The notes under the pieces were generated by a model that saw nothing but the letters and a program-made list of their open reading frames with translations, did not search any database and had not been told where the DNA came from. The position numbers and the translations under genes were made by a program. Below are positions 1 through 15,100 of a DNA stretch of 64,000 bases, piece by piece. The stretch is taken from the NCBI GenBank assembly GCA_040954595.2, contig CM082576.2:2206760-2270759 (forward strand), read 5' to 3'. The first letter of the stretch is position 1. Every line of letters begins with the position of its first letter. This DNA is from Balanoglossus misakiensis (taxonomy: Eukaryota > Animalia > Hemichordata).

Positions 1-1578
1 AATTGACCTGAACTTTAATTGGCTGAAGAGGTTGATCACGAAATATGACAGCCCACCCACGCGACATGCGGCGCGCAAATCCCCCTGGAAAGTGGCAATA
101 ACATCACCAGGTGTAAATTGTTTTTATATGATAAATTTGTGCGATTAAGCTGCCAGTCAAATTAAATCTGTTTTTTATTGGACCTGACATGCATTATAAA
201 AAGGGTGGTCTTTCTGTGTGCCTGGTGAAGTCAAGCCTGAAAATCTTGTGACTGAAATATGCATGCAGCTGGTTGATATTATCGAGGGGAAGTTTTGAAT
301 TCTGTCAGTATGACACTATGAAGTGACCATGGCAAGCCAGCAAACACACTCTGTGAAAACCGAAATGTCAACCCCACTGAAATGTCGCCCTAAAGAAGAA
401 TTTCAGTGGTCTACTTTATTCCATTTTAATGGCTGCAAGATACTTTGTGTTAAACAACCTCTGTATTGAAAGTAGGTTGAATGCCGATTTGCCAATTTGA
501 ACTCAAAGCATTCATTTGGAGATAGCTTCTCATTTTTCCCACCCATACATGTATCTCTTAACATTAGTAACTTATGACCATTTTTTATCATCTTGAAATT
601 GAGATCTGGGTTTACAAGAAAGTATCATAAATTTGTAAGCGAGTCCAGACATAAAAGAATACAACAGTGGGGAAGATTGAAGTCTGTGGCCTACAGTAAA
701 TGCTGTTCTCCATAAAATGGTTGCTGGAACACCATTGATTTCATTGTAATTGTATCTTACAATTGCTCCCAAAATCCAGTCTGGTTCTGCTTCATTAAAT
801 GGGATCTAAGTCGGCACTGGGTGTAGACCCATTAATACGAATCTGGACTTGTAGACATCAAGGCTTTGCACAATTTGCTAACTGTACAAGGGAGTAAATG
901 TCACACATTCTTCTATTCTTTGGGGAGCTTAATGTTTTCCCATAAAGTCAAGTACTTAGGGACTTTGAAGTTGCAGACGTGTGACATACAGCAACTTTGA
1001 CCTTGTTTGTGTACAGTCCTGTTTGTCTGTCAGGCGACTATCATAAATGACCATTTTATTTCATTTTTGATAATTTTCTGAAAATTTGCTTGCATTTTGT
1101 CATTTTTTACATGCAAAAGTTGCAGAACTGTTTTCAAACAGAATAAATGACAGCATTTGAAGGAATTCTTTGTGAAAAGTGGCGGTAGGCCAGACACTTT
1201 CAATAATGGCTGCAGACTACTCAATGCATTGTGATGATAACACGTGTAAAACAAATCCTAATGGTAAAAGTCACTCTAGCATGTTATAAGAGAACTGTGC
1301 CATGCTCACTGAAGTATCTGAAAACTAATCCAACGAGGATTTTTAGTTTCATCAATATTTTATACGTCAATGATGACTCTCCTGGAAAAATTATGAAAAC
1401 AGAATCAGATATTCAAAGTGTTTTAGCTCCTGTGTTCACACCATGAGTGCGTGTAGTTTTTACAGTAAATTGACAACACTAAAGCTCATTATAATCAACA
1501 TGAAATATATGGTTTGAGGGGGTTCGATTCTCAAACACAGGCTGGGATTAAAAGCCGATTGTAGTTTTTCTATCTCAC

Positions 1579-4500
1579 CTTGAAGTCCTATGTCCAACGC
1601 ATAGTCAATATGTTCATAGCACAAGTTCTCCACGAGAATGTAGAAAATGCTTGTAGCATTATTTGGCAGTTCTGATTGGCTGGACAACTGCAAAGAGGTG
1701 AAATCAGTTTATGACATTTGCACAATCACCTTTTTTATACAATTAATACTTGCCAAAATTTTTGGAGCTAAAATTTTCTTCTATAATTTGCACAATGTTC
1801 TCAGGTTTCTAAAAAAACACACACACACAACTTTTAGTGGAAAACAAGCAAAATCTAATGCTGCTTTTAATAACAAGAAAGCAGATATAATTATGGAAGT
1901 ACTAGTAACCATAATCCTTGGCTGTTCAGATTCATACCTGGTTGTTGAATGATTTGATTGCTTTTGCAATAAATTATTTATTTCTTAATCATAAGTATGA
2001 TTGTAATGGATATTTCCTGAGGCAAATAGTTAATATGGCTTATTGACAAGTTACAGCTGACGCCACAGATACTGGAGTCTGCATGCATGCGGCATTTGGA
2101 TCCGGTGATGTTCATATATGTGCAGACATTCCCAAATCTAGTTTTGAATGCATAATGTGGCATTAGCCTGCCACCTTGTGATGTCTTGTGAAAATACTTT
2201 TGTTTACATTGTGGCTTCCTCATCCCATGGATTTCAGAGTTTCAGATCTGATTTTTCCTGGCAGCACAAAACTCTAAGATAATGTTTGACTCACCAGTTG
2301 ACACCGTGTCAAGGCCTGTTTTGACTCATTGAGTAAACTGAGTGCCAGACTCTGTGATAGGAAAATCTCACCGCCGTAGTCGATCACCGATGTCGGCCCG
2401 ATGTTGATATTGATGTTTGTTTTGTTTCTGATGCGTGCTTGCAGATCATGTAGGCTACAGGTAAATAAGAATGAAAGACATCACTGAGAATAGCTGCATT
2501 TCAGGGAATATTCTACACAGGATTTTGTCATTTTTAGCAAAGTGTATAAAAACAATTTTAATCAGTTATTAGGAATATGACCAGATCTGCTTACCCTCCA
2601 GTTTGAATCTGCTTTTTCTGATGATTCAACGACGCGTAGTAACCATCTAGCATGGCCGCCATCTTTTCTTTCAAATAATTAGTTTCCATGTTGATGTACT
2701 TGTCTAAGTAATTCTTGAAACACTCTTTGGTGAGTCTGGACAGGAAGCTTGCATCAGAACCAAGTTTGTACTCGGAAAGTTCTGTAGACAACTGGGTTGT
2801 GCTGAAACAAATACAGTATTTGTGTCAATGGGTGTGTGACTGAAAGTGATGTTAGGTTGTTGTGACGCCCTCACTGGCAAAAGAAAAATAGATTTGCTCG
2901 TTGACGGCTGTTGTATTTGTCAAGCCATATTACCAATTTGGTACACTTCTCTCAAGCTGCTCTTAATTATCAAAAGATTATTGGTCTACTTACTTCTTGT
3001 AAAGTTCATACAGATTTCTGAGATAAACTTCTGGATCAGACTGGTCATGTAATGTGGTACTGATGTGGGCCTGAAATATATCAGTTAAGAATGATTAAAT
3101 ACCAGGTATAATACATGTAATGTGATTTTTGTTGAAAAAAAGTTGAATCTCAGTGGAACGTGTGTTGTAGTAGGTGTATGAAGAAAGATATTAGTTAAGA
3201 GTGGGAAAATGGTAGATATCACATACCTGTAGCTTTTTCTGGTAGATATCGGTCACAAATTTTCCCATGACTGTCTCTGGGGCACTGATAAACACTTCCT
3301 GACAGAGTTTATTGACCTGAAAAAGACGCCACATGTGTTGACTGTGAAGCATCACAGGATAAAACCAGATAGCACAGCATCATCTCACATAGTTTTGAGG
3401 ATTTCTAAATGCATTCAACCACAAAGCCTGTGTGAGTTGGCAAAGACTACACTTACCTCTTGACACAACTTTGTCAGGTCAGCAAACAGATTTCTGGACC
3501 ACTGTAATGGCTGAAATAAAAACAATGGCAAAATCATTACACACATAAAGGTAATTAAAGTTTAAATTATATCAGGAGAATCAAAGAAGGATGCCTATTT
3601 TGGTCATCTTTATTGCTCTTTTTGTTCGAATATTATGATTTATCAAGAGCAACTGGGTTAGTGGTTATATTATGTTTCAATTACAGTGTAACAAACAAAC
3701 AAACAAACAAACAGTCTTACCTGTTGACTCATTTCTATGAATCCATCAACACAATCCGTGTATCTCTGAAACACAGCAAAGAACAACTCACATTAGTAAT
3801 ACAATCTTTATACAAGCATGAATTGACTTTTTCAGTGATTGTGCACTCCAATAAACTGCATAAGGCTTTGCACTGGCTCCAACAGATTTAGGTGCAAGGA
3901 ATCTGACGCTGTGTCCATAGCTGTGACATTTCCAGGGGAAAAATGAGATAGGATAGGTTAGTCACTCCTTACCTTGAAGAGCAACAGGACAGTGGCCAGT
4001 TCTTTCATTCTCTGTTTGTCACCAGCATTGTGTGCCCCTTTGAATTCTGATATTAAATCATTCTCTATTTTGGCACATTTCTCTGAAAATGACAAATAGT
4101 ACAGGTCATAGATCTTATCTTTATTCCTAATGATATGGGTAATTAGCTTGCTGGTTTTAAGTACTGAACTTTTCAATGCAAATAATACCTATACTATAAA
4201 CAGCAATCTATGCATCAGTCACATGACAAATCTACACCAATCAAATATTGTCTGGTTGGATCAATTGTATCCATCTACTGAGCACTGATGTTTTCAATTT
4301 TAAAAGTCAGGTTAATATGTTCAGTGTCAAAGAATTTACAAATGGTGAAAATAAATCAAATGAACTTACCATCTATTCTGTTCTTAGCATCTTTAAATCT
4401 GAAACGAGTAAATAAGTGTCATTGAGATTTCAACATGTCTTACATCTAGAACATAACAGTTCACCTGGTTGTTGTTAGTGATATTTTTCTTACATGACAT

Positions 4501-6464
4501 ACCTTTCTGTTGGAAGCTCTTGTCCAATCAGCTGTAGTTTCTGAATGACATCAGCTGCTTCCTGTAGCTGTATTCACACAGCAAAACAAAATAGGAAATC
4601 ATCGTCAACACAATACACACACAGTGATCAAACATTGGCGGTTGACTGAAGGGAATTCCTCATTTTCAAAATACAACTGCAATTTCAAAATTCTACAGAC
4701 CAACCTGAAATGGATCAGTGAAAATGTCTGAGTGCTGCTCATCATCTGAGAGGAACTCTGAGAAGTACTGCATCAGTTTCTGTGCTTCTACCGCCCTCTG
4801 GCGGGGAATGTTGACTCCTTCAAGTTGATCGCCTAAATGAACTACTTTAGTGGCGACATTGTTGATGCGGTCATCTAACTTCTGGAACAGTGTGAATGCT
4901 CCCTGAGATAAACAAATATACAATAGTGTATGAACTTCATTTGTAATAGTAATGTTCTGAATGTACCCTCATTTGGGTTTTACATATATTTCAATCCTTT
5001 CTCCCTGTTTCTTGTTTCAGAGGTCCATGTTACACCAATGAACACACTGGTATTCTAAACCAAAGTATGTGCTGATAATGGGGAAAAAAGAATGGACTGC
5101 TACAACGTTGATGACTACAGCTGGTCAGATAAGAAGATATAACAGGCAAGTTACATCATGTGACCTTAGTCATTTCGAATTATAACACACCATGCAGCGA
5201 ACCCTCGATCGTGATTCGTCAATACGACATCACGTGACCTTAGTCATTTCGAACTGTTGCCTGGGGCATCAGTTCGATCAGTTTGGTGTGTTATAAAACA
5301 CATGATGGCTGACATATTCGGGCAACAGTGTATTTTTAATGACCTCGGGACGGCCAGTCACACCAAAACAGTCTGTTTTCCCTCGGGCTATGCCCTCGGG
5401 AAAACAAGACTGTTTTAGTTGTGACTAGCAGCACCCTCGGTCATCAAAATACACTGTTGCCCTCATTGTCAGTCATCATGTGTATACTGTTCCCTAGGAC
5501 ATCAGTTCGATCGGTTTCTGCCCGGTACTGTTGCCTGAATGTGGTGTGTGTCGTGTTTGGTATGTTATACAACACATGATGACTGACATATTTGGGCAAC
5601 AGTGTATTTTTGATGACCTCAAGACTGCCAGTCACACCAAAACAATACAGTTTTAGTTGTGACTAGCAGCGCCCTCGTTCATCAAAATACACTGTTGCCC
5701 TCATTGTCAGTCATCATGTGTATACTGCAATCTCTAAGTAATGGCGACTTTCAAAGATTCCCCCTTTACCTGCTGGTTTTGCTGGAGTTCTGCCAGTGTC
5801 TCTGCATGTCTGTTGTACTCTGTTTGTACAACTTGCTCCAATTTCTCAATCCGCTTCTCAGTCTTGTCGCTCAGTAGTTTCAACTCCTCTATTTTATTTT
5901 CAAATGAGAAGAGTAGTTTCTTGGGATCAAAAGATTCTGGCCCCCTCTCCGTTTTCCCACCTTGTACGTTCCATGCTAGTCTTTCTACATAGTCATCTGC
6001 ACTGAAAGGTTCCTGTAGAGATTCAAGATGGATATTCTGGGAACTGTTCAGTATTAAAGGACAGGTGGACAGTGCGACATCACCTAGCTTGAACCTGAGG
6101 CTGAGCAAAGACATTCGTATTTGAGTTTACAATGTTGACAGCTGAGTTGTAGCTGGACTGTACACCCTGTACACATCCAATTTCATAATGTTCGTTTGCT
6201 TGTTAGATTAGTTTATACTATGTCCTCCCATCGTGTGTGAATTTTGCTGTTTAATGCAGTAAAGAGTTTACTCGGTAGAAATATAAGGCTGATAGTGATG
6301 ATCGGTGGAACCTGAATGAATCTCCTGACAGTACTGCTCACTGGCAGTAACATACAGTCTACAGAAGACTATCCTTCGATCACGATCACCCGATATTTCG
6401 CATAATGTTACATTGCTAATCATAAACATGATCACCGCCTTACCTCAAAATCTTTCAAAGACAT
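1579..6464 (-). CDS. EXOC5: Exocyst complex component 5 (Sec10), multi-exon, 3' part runs off the left edge of the window
   Basis: Exon 1 6444-6464 (MSLKDFE|gtaag). Exon 2 5770-6012 (EPFSADDYVERLAW...FDPKKLL). Exon 3 about 4704-4903 (ATKVVHLGDQLEGVNIPRQRAVEAQKLMQYFSEFL). Further exons near 4500, 4370, 3970-4083, 3460, 3230-3320, 2595-2800, 2300-2450 and 1579-1688 (ENLCYEHIDYALDIGLQG). These peptides match recalled Sec10/EXOC5 sequence. Confidence 0.95.
5295..5726. mobile_element. Palindromic MITE-like repeat plus a tandem partial copy in EXOC5 intron 2
   Basis: ACACATGATGGCTGAC...GGCAACAGTGTATTTT is answered by AAAATACACTGTTGCC...GTCAGTCATCATGTGT (about 5298-5483). A shortened second copy lies at about 5570-5726. 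Confidence 0.65.
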
Positions 6465-6559
6465 GGTCCAACCGTTGAAACCCTCTACTGTGCGTAGTTT
6501 GTGGGCGATCGGATCATCGTTTGCTGTATTTTTTTCTCCAAATGTTTTCGATAGCAGTA

Positions 6560-6592
6560 TACCGGAAGTACAGACAGGCTACACTTCCGTAT
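6560..6592. promoter_or_regulatory. Paired ETS-type sites in the EXOC5 promoter
   Basis: CCGGAAGT at about 6562 and ACTTCCG at about 6583, roughly 100 bp upstream of the ATG in a CpG-containing stretch. Confidence 0.45.
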
Positions 6593-9161
6593 TCCCATGC
6601 TCCATAGCGAAAATTAAATGTCGATGTTCATTTGTTTGCTACTATTTGTGTCAAATCAAACATCGATGTAAATGACCGATTTCTGCACAAGTATAATAGA
6701 ACGTTCATTTTCGATATAGTTGCCTGACACCTTATATATTGGAGTTAACATACATAGCTTTTGGTAACATTTATCGAGAAAAAAACACATCGAAAAAAGG
6801 GTCAGAAAATAAAGCGGTCCCAGAAACGCCCGCAAAATGTGTTTGTTTCAGTGTTGGGTGACAAGCATGCTTGGCAAAGTTTAGGCAAAAGTTTTTGAGT
6901 ATGGTTTCTGTAGTGACCATGTTTTTGGAGACTATTTAATTGCATTGTTGGTAAACATAAACCCATGAGTTCCAGGACACTCCATATAAACAAAAACGTG
7001 CAAAGGATGAGGAAAGCTCTTCTATCACAAGAAATCAAACAAAGTTTTAAGGAAAAGAGTTTCTTTTATTTCTGGTAAATAATAAAGTACATTACCATTG
7101 TTTCTATAAAATAAATTTTAAGTATTGGAAAAATGTGATTTGTACAATATTACACTATATTTTAAAAGTATCCAGCTCAGGTTAAGTTCTTTTATTGCAA
7201 TAAAGTTATCTAATGGCAAGACTTGATTGCTCAGTCAGAGACTAGACTAAGTATACATGAAAAAAATTAATCCCCAAACTGGAAGAAGTCATAAAGGTTT
7301 TTTAGGTCAGGAGTAAAAATGAAATGATCTGTTAAAAATCTTAACTCTGACAAGAGTTTTGGACGCTGATCTTATTCTCTTAATACTAGTAATGAGATTG
7401 TTAAAATGTTGAACATGTTATCTTCAAAAACTGGGTGGGGCAGTAGATGTGGGACTATTTAAACTTTCTTTCAAAACCAATTTGTAAATTTAGTGATTTC
7501 AGCAAAGCTAGGGAGAACTCAGCACCACTCCAATTTACAGTCTGTTCTGATCATGAGAATGCAAATTGTAATGGATGGTCTGGTATCTGGTAAATTTTCT
7601 GATGTCCTTCACTTTTGTGTGGAAATCTTGAAACAAGTGTAAGCTAGTGGTGGAGTGTCTAAGGTGTCTCTTGATTGTTACTGCAGCGATGTACAAGACT
7701 AAAATTAATATTTGATTGAAATTTGCCCCTCACACAATAACATGACAGACAATTCCATTCGTTTGTACATATTTAAATACATTCTGAGTCTTGCAGGTAA
7801 ATGCATGAGCAAATCCTTAATCAGTCATTATTACATCTTAAAAACTCCACTAGTTGTGAGCTCTCAAATTGACAATTTTAATAATACAGTAACAAACACA
7901 ATGTTAGCAGCTCATTTGACACTGGTCCATGTGTAATATACACATGTAACATGTGACAAACATCACTTAATTATTGCTCTTTCATGATTCAAGATCAGTA
8001 CATACACTGCAAACATAGAAATTATCTATGGGAGTTGCATCTTGTTATATGTCATGGTATACATCATCCAGTTGAACATGATCAGGATTAAAAACATCAC
8101 AAACATCTTTTCAAAATACATGTGCACTTTGGAAATTTGTTGAGTAAAGCTTCGACTAGCAAATATATATGTCTGGATTTAAATTGTGCCTGATTTGAAG
8201 TTACATCAGTAATCTAACTTGTGTGCAGATGGATCCGAAACAAGAAATTAAGTTGTCTTAAATCTTATACATCACTTTTCACAAGTATTTCAGGAAAAAC
8301 AAGGAAAATCCTTTTTTCCAACAAAGACTAGAAGTGACAGTGATAGTAGTACCAAAATATTGAGAAAGCTTACTTACAACTACATGTATGTACAATATCA
8401 CAAACATATGGTAACTTAAAACTGACAAGAATAACCAAAGAGTGTCTGACAGGGGAAAAAAATAATCATATATAAATATATCTTCTAATACTATAATTAT
8501 TTTGACTCTCTACAAACTAGATAAAGTAATACTGAAAATGTTGCTTTATTCTAAATGAATTTGCTACATATTTAACTTTCATAATATATACACATTTATG
8601 TTTAGTTTAAAAAGGTATGTATAAAAAGCATGGATGATGTTATCATCTCTTTCAGTGTTCAAGTAGAAAGGATGAGCCTTACATAACATTGCATATCTTT
8701 TAAGGTAGAAATGTCACAGACAGACACATGCTGTGAGTGTACAAGGTCTTTCTCAAGTATCTAGAAGCCAGTCTGTGGACAGATTTTGGTCATCTTCATG
8801 GTTCCGATTCTCTGTAGCTTCCTGTTTCTGACGTTTCTCTTGTCTCTGCGGCTGGTGTCTGCAAAAGTCAATTAGTTTGCTCGGTTTAGAGGAATCTACA
8901 GGCTTCAGTTGTGCACATGAATTGTTTGGGGTTTTAACACCATCGCCAGAGGGCGCTATGATATAAGACAAGCCTTTGTGGTGGTCAATGTCAGATCATG
9001 ATCTGATGATGAAGTGAATATCTCTTAGAAGCCTATGATGTACTCAATGTTCTCATTTTTGAATAAACCTTTCATTTGTATACCTATAAGTAACATTGAT
9101 GTAACTGAAACAAAAGTGTCCATGTTGACCTCCAGAGCACTAATGATTGATTTCCAAATCT

Positions 9162-12100
9162 CTAAACGATACCTACCGGTGCCTTTTCTGCAGGTTTCTT
9201 TGAAGCCTTGGGTTTCTGCCCTGCTTTGTTTTCTCTCAGTGTTTGCATGATTGGATTATCAGCTGCCACCGTGGCTTTAGGGTTCTTGACCGGTGGTCTT
9301 CTGAGTGGCGTCCATTTAGGGGCAGCCCCCATCTTCACTGTCCCCGGTTTCTTCAGGTTACTTTGCTCATTCTGTGGAAGAATCAGTCCATAAGTTGTAT
9401 TTGTAAACATGTCAGTTGAAAATTAAACTGTGTCAAACAATCTGACAAGAACTCATTCATTCCCCGTCTTATTTATCAACATGGTTGCCATGCAGATGAT
9501 GAAATTCCAGTTTCACTGACATATCAAACAACCCCAAAAAACTGAATTCAAAACAAATCCATGCAGACCTGTGAATACTGGCTGTGTGTGGCAAGCGATT
9601 TTTTTAATAGACAAAGATACCAACGTCTCACTACTGCAAAACAATGCTCACCTGTTTTGGAGTAAATCCAGACACTTTGACCACTTCCATCAGTGCTTTC
9701 TTGTAACTTAGTTTACATTTACTTTCCACATCTTCCTCCAGTGTGTGACCGTAACGTTTCTTGTACAGTTTCTTTATTTGTGGAAGATCAACCTAAAACA
9801 GATCACAGAAACCACAGAATGAAATTCGAGCTGCCACTACCAGTCACTAAAATGACAAAAGAAAACACTGAACTTTTCCCCATTGTACTATTGCCACTTG
9901 TTTTGTGCGTGTCCCAGTATCGTTTGTTCGGAATCTACTATATAGCGCCCTCTACATTTAAAACTGGAAAAAAAACAAGTCTTTTGCGGGGATCAGGTAG
10001 AAAGAAAATGCTCCACATTGACAATGACACAAGTGTAAACATTAATGACAATTGTATCATTCAACCCTGTACACAATGTAGCAGAGAACTGGGCTTCATG
10101 ACAGTCTTGGGCAATTAATGAATTTGAACCAAATGAATATATTTCTCACCTCTGATCTTGTTACAAGAATCCTTGCAAGGGTTGTGTCATCGCCAGCACC
10201 TGTCAGACAGTCGCGTATTCGTGACGTCAGAAAACCAGGACAGTTTGAAAGACATTTTACTGCAACAAAATGTAAAAGAAATGAGTCTTTGTTTTAAATG
10301 GTTAGCACTAATGTCAGAAGTGAATGTCTACAATTTGTTCATATCAAGTCTCCCTCTGAACAGAATTTTAAAAAGTACTCAAAATCACTGCATTTTAACC
10401 CTCTGCACTAGCTGTTTGATATAAAGTCTGTAATGTGAAAATATTCTTAGAAGTTAACACTTTCCATTTTGTGTCAAATCTTGTTTATAATGAGCCAACT
10501 GCTATTGAAAATCTTTTTTGTATGAAAGGCAGCACCACTTACCTAAAGCGAGCATTGCATCTTGTATCTGACCTTCAAATTCCTCCATGAGAACATCAAT
10601 TAACTTTTGACTACTTGCCTGCAACATGAGACAAGATTGACCACAGTGGACATCAGTGCGTGTCATGCATTTCATAATATCATTCGACAAGAAGCTCTCT
10701 TATCCTCAAATACATGTTATAGAGTTAATGAATTAAACATTTCTTTTTTACTCACTTTTGCATATTCTTCTAAAACTGTTCTCAGCTGAGACAAACTGTA
10801 ATCTGTCAACATTTCCCCAAATTTCCCACCACTTGTTTTCCACCTTTCTCCTGCTTCAAGTTCCACCAACTCCTTGGCGTCTTCTTCTGCTTGTCCTTGA
10901 TCCACTGAGCCACCCTCATCTCTAATTCCCTGAAAATCAAATCAACATAATTACATTAGAGATTATATCAAAATAACCTTCACTGCTGTGACAGTGTCAC
11001 ATACATTCTTCCATCAATGCGGGAAATTTGAAATTTCTCTACCAATTAAACAACTAACAGCAATGGCTGGCATCATCACACAATTCAAAAATCCAAATAC
11101 AAGACTCGGGTCACATACCTTTACTAATGCCAATAGGAAATCTTTAAAAGCAGGGTCTGAAACATCACTAGCGATGTCTTCTGACAATTCCTTGTCGTAT
11201 TTGTCAGAATATGCCGATTTGATGGCACCTAGAGCCTGAGAAACAGAATAGAGTCTTCAGGAATTTTGAAACCGTAGGCAAAAAGATCAGTCATCTGAGC
11301 ACTTTAAAAAAATTCACTGTTAATACTGTACCAAAGAAATTTCTATTTTCTAAACAGCTAGTGTTTTTGAAAGCCCAAAACAATGATTCATGATTTTATT
11401 GATTTTATTTTATGAGATAAATAAAAATGACTTACTGTATTATTTCTGGTGCAGAGAATTTCAACCAAGGTAGCTTCCACATTTCCTATGCCCTATAACA
11501 AAACACAAGAGAAGTCACCTCATATGCTGACTTACAGAGGAAACAACAGTATAGAGTTGACTGAACTGCTTGTGATTTTTGGGGGAGAAAGCTTTTGTTT
11601 GTGGCTCCATGGTTACTGAAGTGTGTTTTTCTTTGTTCTGAAATCTGATCCTCTGGGCATTAATATTGAATGTCGTCTGGAACACTGAGTTTGAGGTTTT
11701 GAGTGTTAATTTTGGACTGGAACCATCAAGAAATGTCTAGCGCCCTCTACCAGATACGATCAAAACGTAAAACGCCCCACAACAATCTGGTCACTAACGA
11801 CAACTGCACAGGTGAAAGGTTGATCTCTTTCCAGTGAACCTTAAAAAGTACAAGCAAGTCATTTGGACATCAGACTTGTTTGGCGTAATAATACACAGTG
11901 ACAGTCACCACACCCACCATTAAAGCATGGTTTATGCACGTTGCGTCGTACTCTTCCCTTTCCAGAAGCAAAGCGTTCACCATTTCATCCCAGCTTCTGC
12001 CCAATTTCTTTTTCAGTTCCTCCATCAGGTTCTGAAAATTAAAGTAACAGCCCATATTGTGACTATGCAACTGAGAAATGGCTTCTCAATTGGTTGGATG

Positions 12101-15100
12101 CCACCCTCCAAAGAACAACAAAAACATGAATAAATCAATGATGAAATTGCGGCCACCATTATCACACTGAGATTAGGTCTTTGTCGGCAGTGCACACCAG
12201 ACCTTGAACAAAGGAACAAAATGCTGGATAGAGCATTCAATTTGTAATTTACAACACAGATGTATTGACACAGAAGTATACACATGTATCCAGCAATTCT
12301 TACCAGTTCATACTGGACTTCAAATCTCTGTTTTGTTCCCTGTCTTTGCTTGTATTTCCTCCTTGCCAGTCCCCTGACAATGGCGGATGGTGCATTGCCT
12401 GTTGGATGAGAAATTTGAAAGATGAGATAGATTTAAAGTTTAGAGTAATCCTTAGTATGAACGGTCATTTTTTATTTTACCTATAAAATGGTTCTTTGTA
12501 ATCTAATGAGAATTACCATAAACACATAATGTTTGGTAGCGATTACTGCCTTTTGCAGGTATAATGTACGAGTGATCTATGATTAAAGGGACCGATGGGT
12601 GACATGTTAAATAGACTGTATCAAGAGACAAGGTCGAGGTCACAAAATCATTGATGTGTGGTCAAAAATGAGTATACAGTGATTCAATGATGGCTGAACA
12701 TAATATTATGTGGAATATAAGTCTGCCCATGCACCCCCACGCCCCCATGGTGTGATCTTTCTACTGTACTTATCATTATGGGGAACATCACACTACCTGA
12801 TGATTCTTGGGGTGATAAGACATATGACAAGAGGGTGTAGATACATGGTAGATGGACTAATTTCTGAGCAGATTATGAGACCTAGAGCTAAAAGTAGCAA
12901 AGAGCTGTAATACCTGGATCTGTCAGGTTAGGAAGTAAACCTGTTGATGTGGCAAGCAGAGAAGATCAGAGCAAAGCAGAGGTGATAGAACATGCAAATC
13001 GCAGCAAAACAACACCACAGAGTTAAACGAAAGAAGAATATTATGAAAGCAGGCCGGAGTCAGGTCACTTTTAATAATGTTCGACAGACTACTTTTAATT
13101 TCATATGATGCCTCAATCAGACAGGTATTACCACATGTTGGTAGCAAACCCCATGAATTCAATTTCCAATTGATCAGACTTCTTGTCTTGACTGTAAGGA
13201 ACCAACGTCTTTCAATGTACACACACAGAGGAATGTTATTACCAACAATGCAGCACAGTGCCCCTAAGGTGTTTGAGTCACAACATTTACCACGGTGACG
13301 CCCCATCTAGCTGGCAGTCATTCTCAGATTATTTATAAGCTCATTTGTTTTGGGATTCGATTACTCAGCCTTACCCATTCCCTTTGTGGCCTTAAAAAGC
13401 AGTGCAGCATCCTCTTTTTCATCGTACTTCTGCCCTTTGTTGATTGCTGCGTCTTTCTGAAATGGTCATAAAAAAACAACAGAAAAGAATTACTCGGGCA
13501 GAAACTGTGGGTTCAAAGGTCAGGTCGGGTCAGTAAAACTTAACACAGTTACTACTGTACTGATCTCTTGGGTTGCATGACTTATTTCTTTTACCTTCTG
13601 TTTCTTTTCTTGTTGTACTCTCTTTGGACCCAGCAGAGGAAATCGACTATGTTGTTTCTTCAGCTCCCTGGGTTTGTCTTTCTTCTGTGGAAAAGGAAAA
13701 AAAGTATGCAAAATGAATATACGCCACGCCTAGGGAATAAAAAAATTCAAGTAATTTTTTATGTTTATTATTAATAATACATTCCATTAGTACAACTGAG
13801 GAGTACATGTTACCTGAGATGATGCTCCATCACCTTCATCTTCAGATTCTTCTCCTGATGACCCGTGTTTCTAAGGGGGAAAAATCAAATCATTGATTGA
13901 TAAATCTTGGAACAGTGAAATGAACTAATATTTGCCTATGGTGGAAACCTGTCCAGGCTGATACGGTCTCCCACAGAAACTAATCAATTTAAGGTCAGAG
14001 ATCCCTAAAGGCAGTTGTCTGAGTTTTTTGAGTTCCTGAGTCCATGCACTGGCGCTGCCTAGGATGACCGAAGAAAAACAAATATCTGGCTATCAATAAT
14101 GGAATACCATTTCATCTCAACGGAAGCACTGAAATGTACTTTCACTCATTGTTGCGACTTCACCTGCATTGACTTCCTTTATTCTATGTGTCGCCGCGCC
14201 CATGTCACAGCATCTAATTTGATTACAACGTTCAAATTAAATTGCCATGGCAACCTGCACACCACCTTGCAGTCCAAGAACCCTTGCCTAGGTTGAACAC
14301 TGTTATTAGAACATGACAGGGTCTCAGATGATGGATGGTTGCCTGGCAAGATGTCACGCTTCACTAGCACTTTCATGTCACTCTCTCCACACTGTAGACG
14401 CAGATTATCAAAACATGTGCTAATTGAAGCCCCTCACCTCTGACTTGGCATCTTCCTCTTCATAAAATTCTTCTAAGACGTCTTCTCTCGCTGCATAAAG
14501 CTCATAGTCCTTCGTTTCACTTGCTCGCAAGTTCATATAGTACTGATGAAGGATGTATTCGTCCTCCTGAAATGTATAAGGTTGTTTCATTTCATGTATT
14601 AATCTCAATTGGTAGTAGTGGTTTTGTGCATGGACTTGCTTGCTATGTGAGTTGGTGTGGTAGATCTGGCCTTGAACCTGTAAAATTCGAATTGATTCAC
14701 ACATGTCTATTTCAAACAAATCTATTTCACACTAATCTTTTCCAAACAAGTTATCAAAACGGAAAATGAAATTCAATGAGTGCATTCTAGAGATTAAATG
14801 AAATTGGCATACGTGTAATATAACATGGTGAATAGCTGTGTAAATGCATAAAGCAGGCGGATATCAACATTTTCAGATGAAAGGTAATTCAATTTCTGCT
14901 GAGTTGACAAAGGTTTCGTATTAAATATTGATTCCAGTTACAGTTACATTTCAGAACTGGTTCTCTTCATTTTGTAGTGTCTGGATTGACAAAAATTCAT
15001 GTGCTTAAATGACATAATTTTTAAATATTGTCTTAAGCAAGTCATTGTATAAATATAAAATTCACCTCAAACAATTCCGTTTAGGTGCATTAGCGGTAAC

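Noticed and set aside
8945-11752. CTCF-like motifs (GCCAGAGGGCGCT at about 8946; AGCGCCC(C)TCTAC at about 9944 and 11739)
   Set aside because: Partial matches that cannot be told apart from background without ChIP data.
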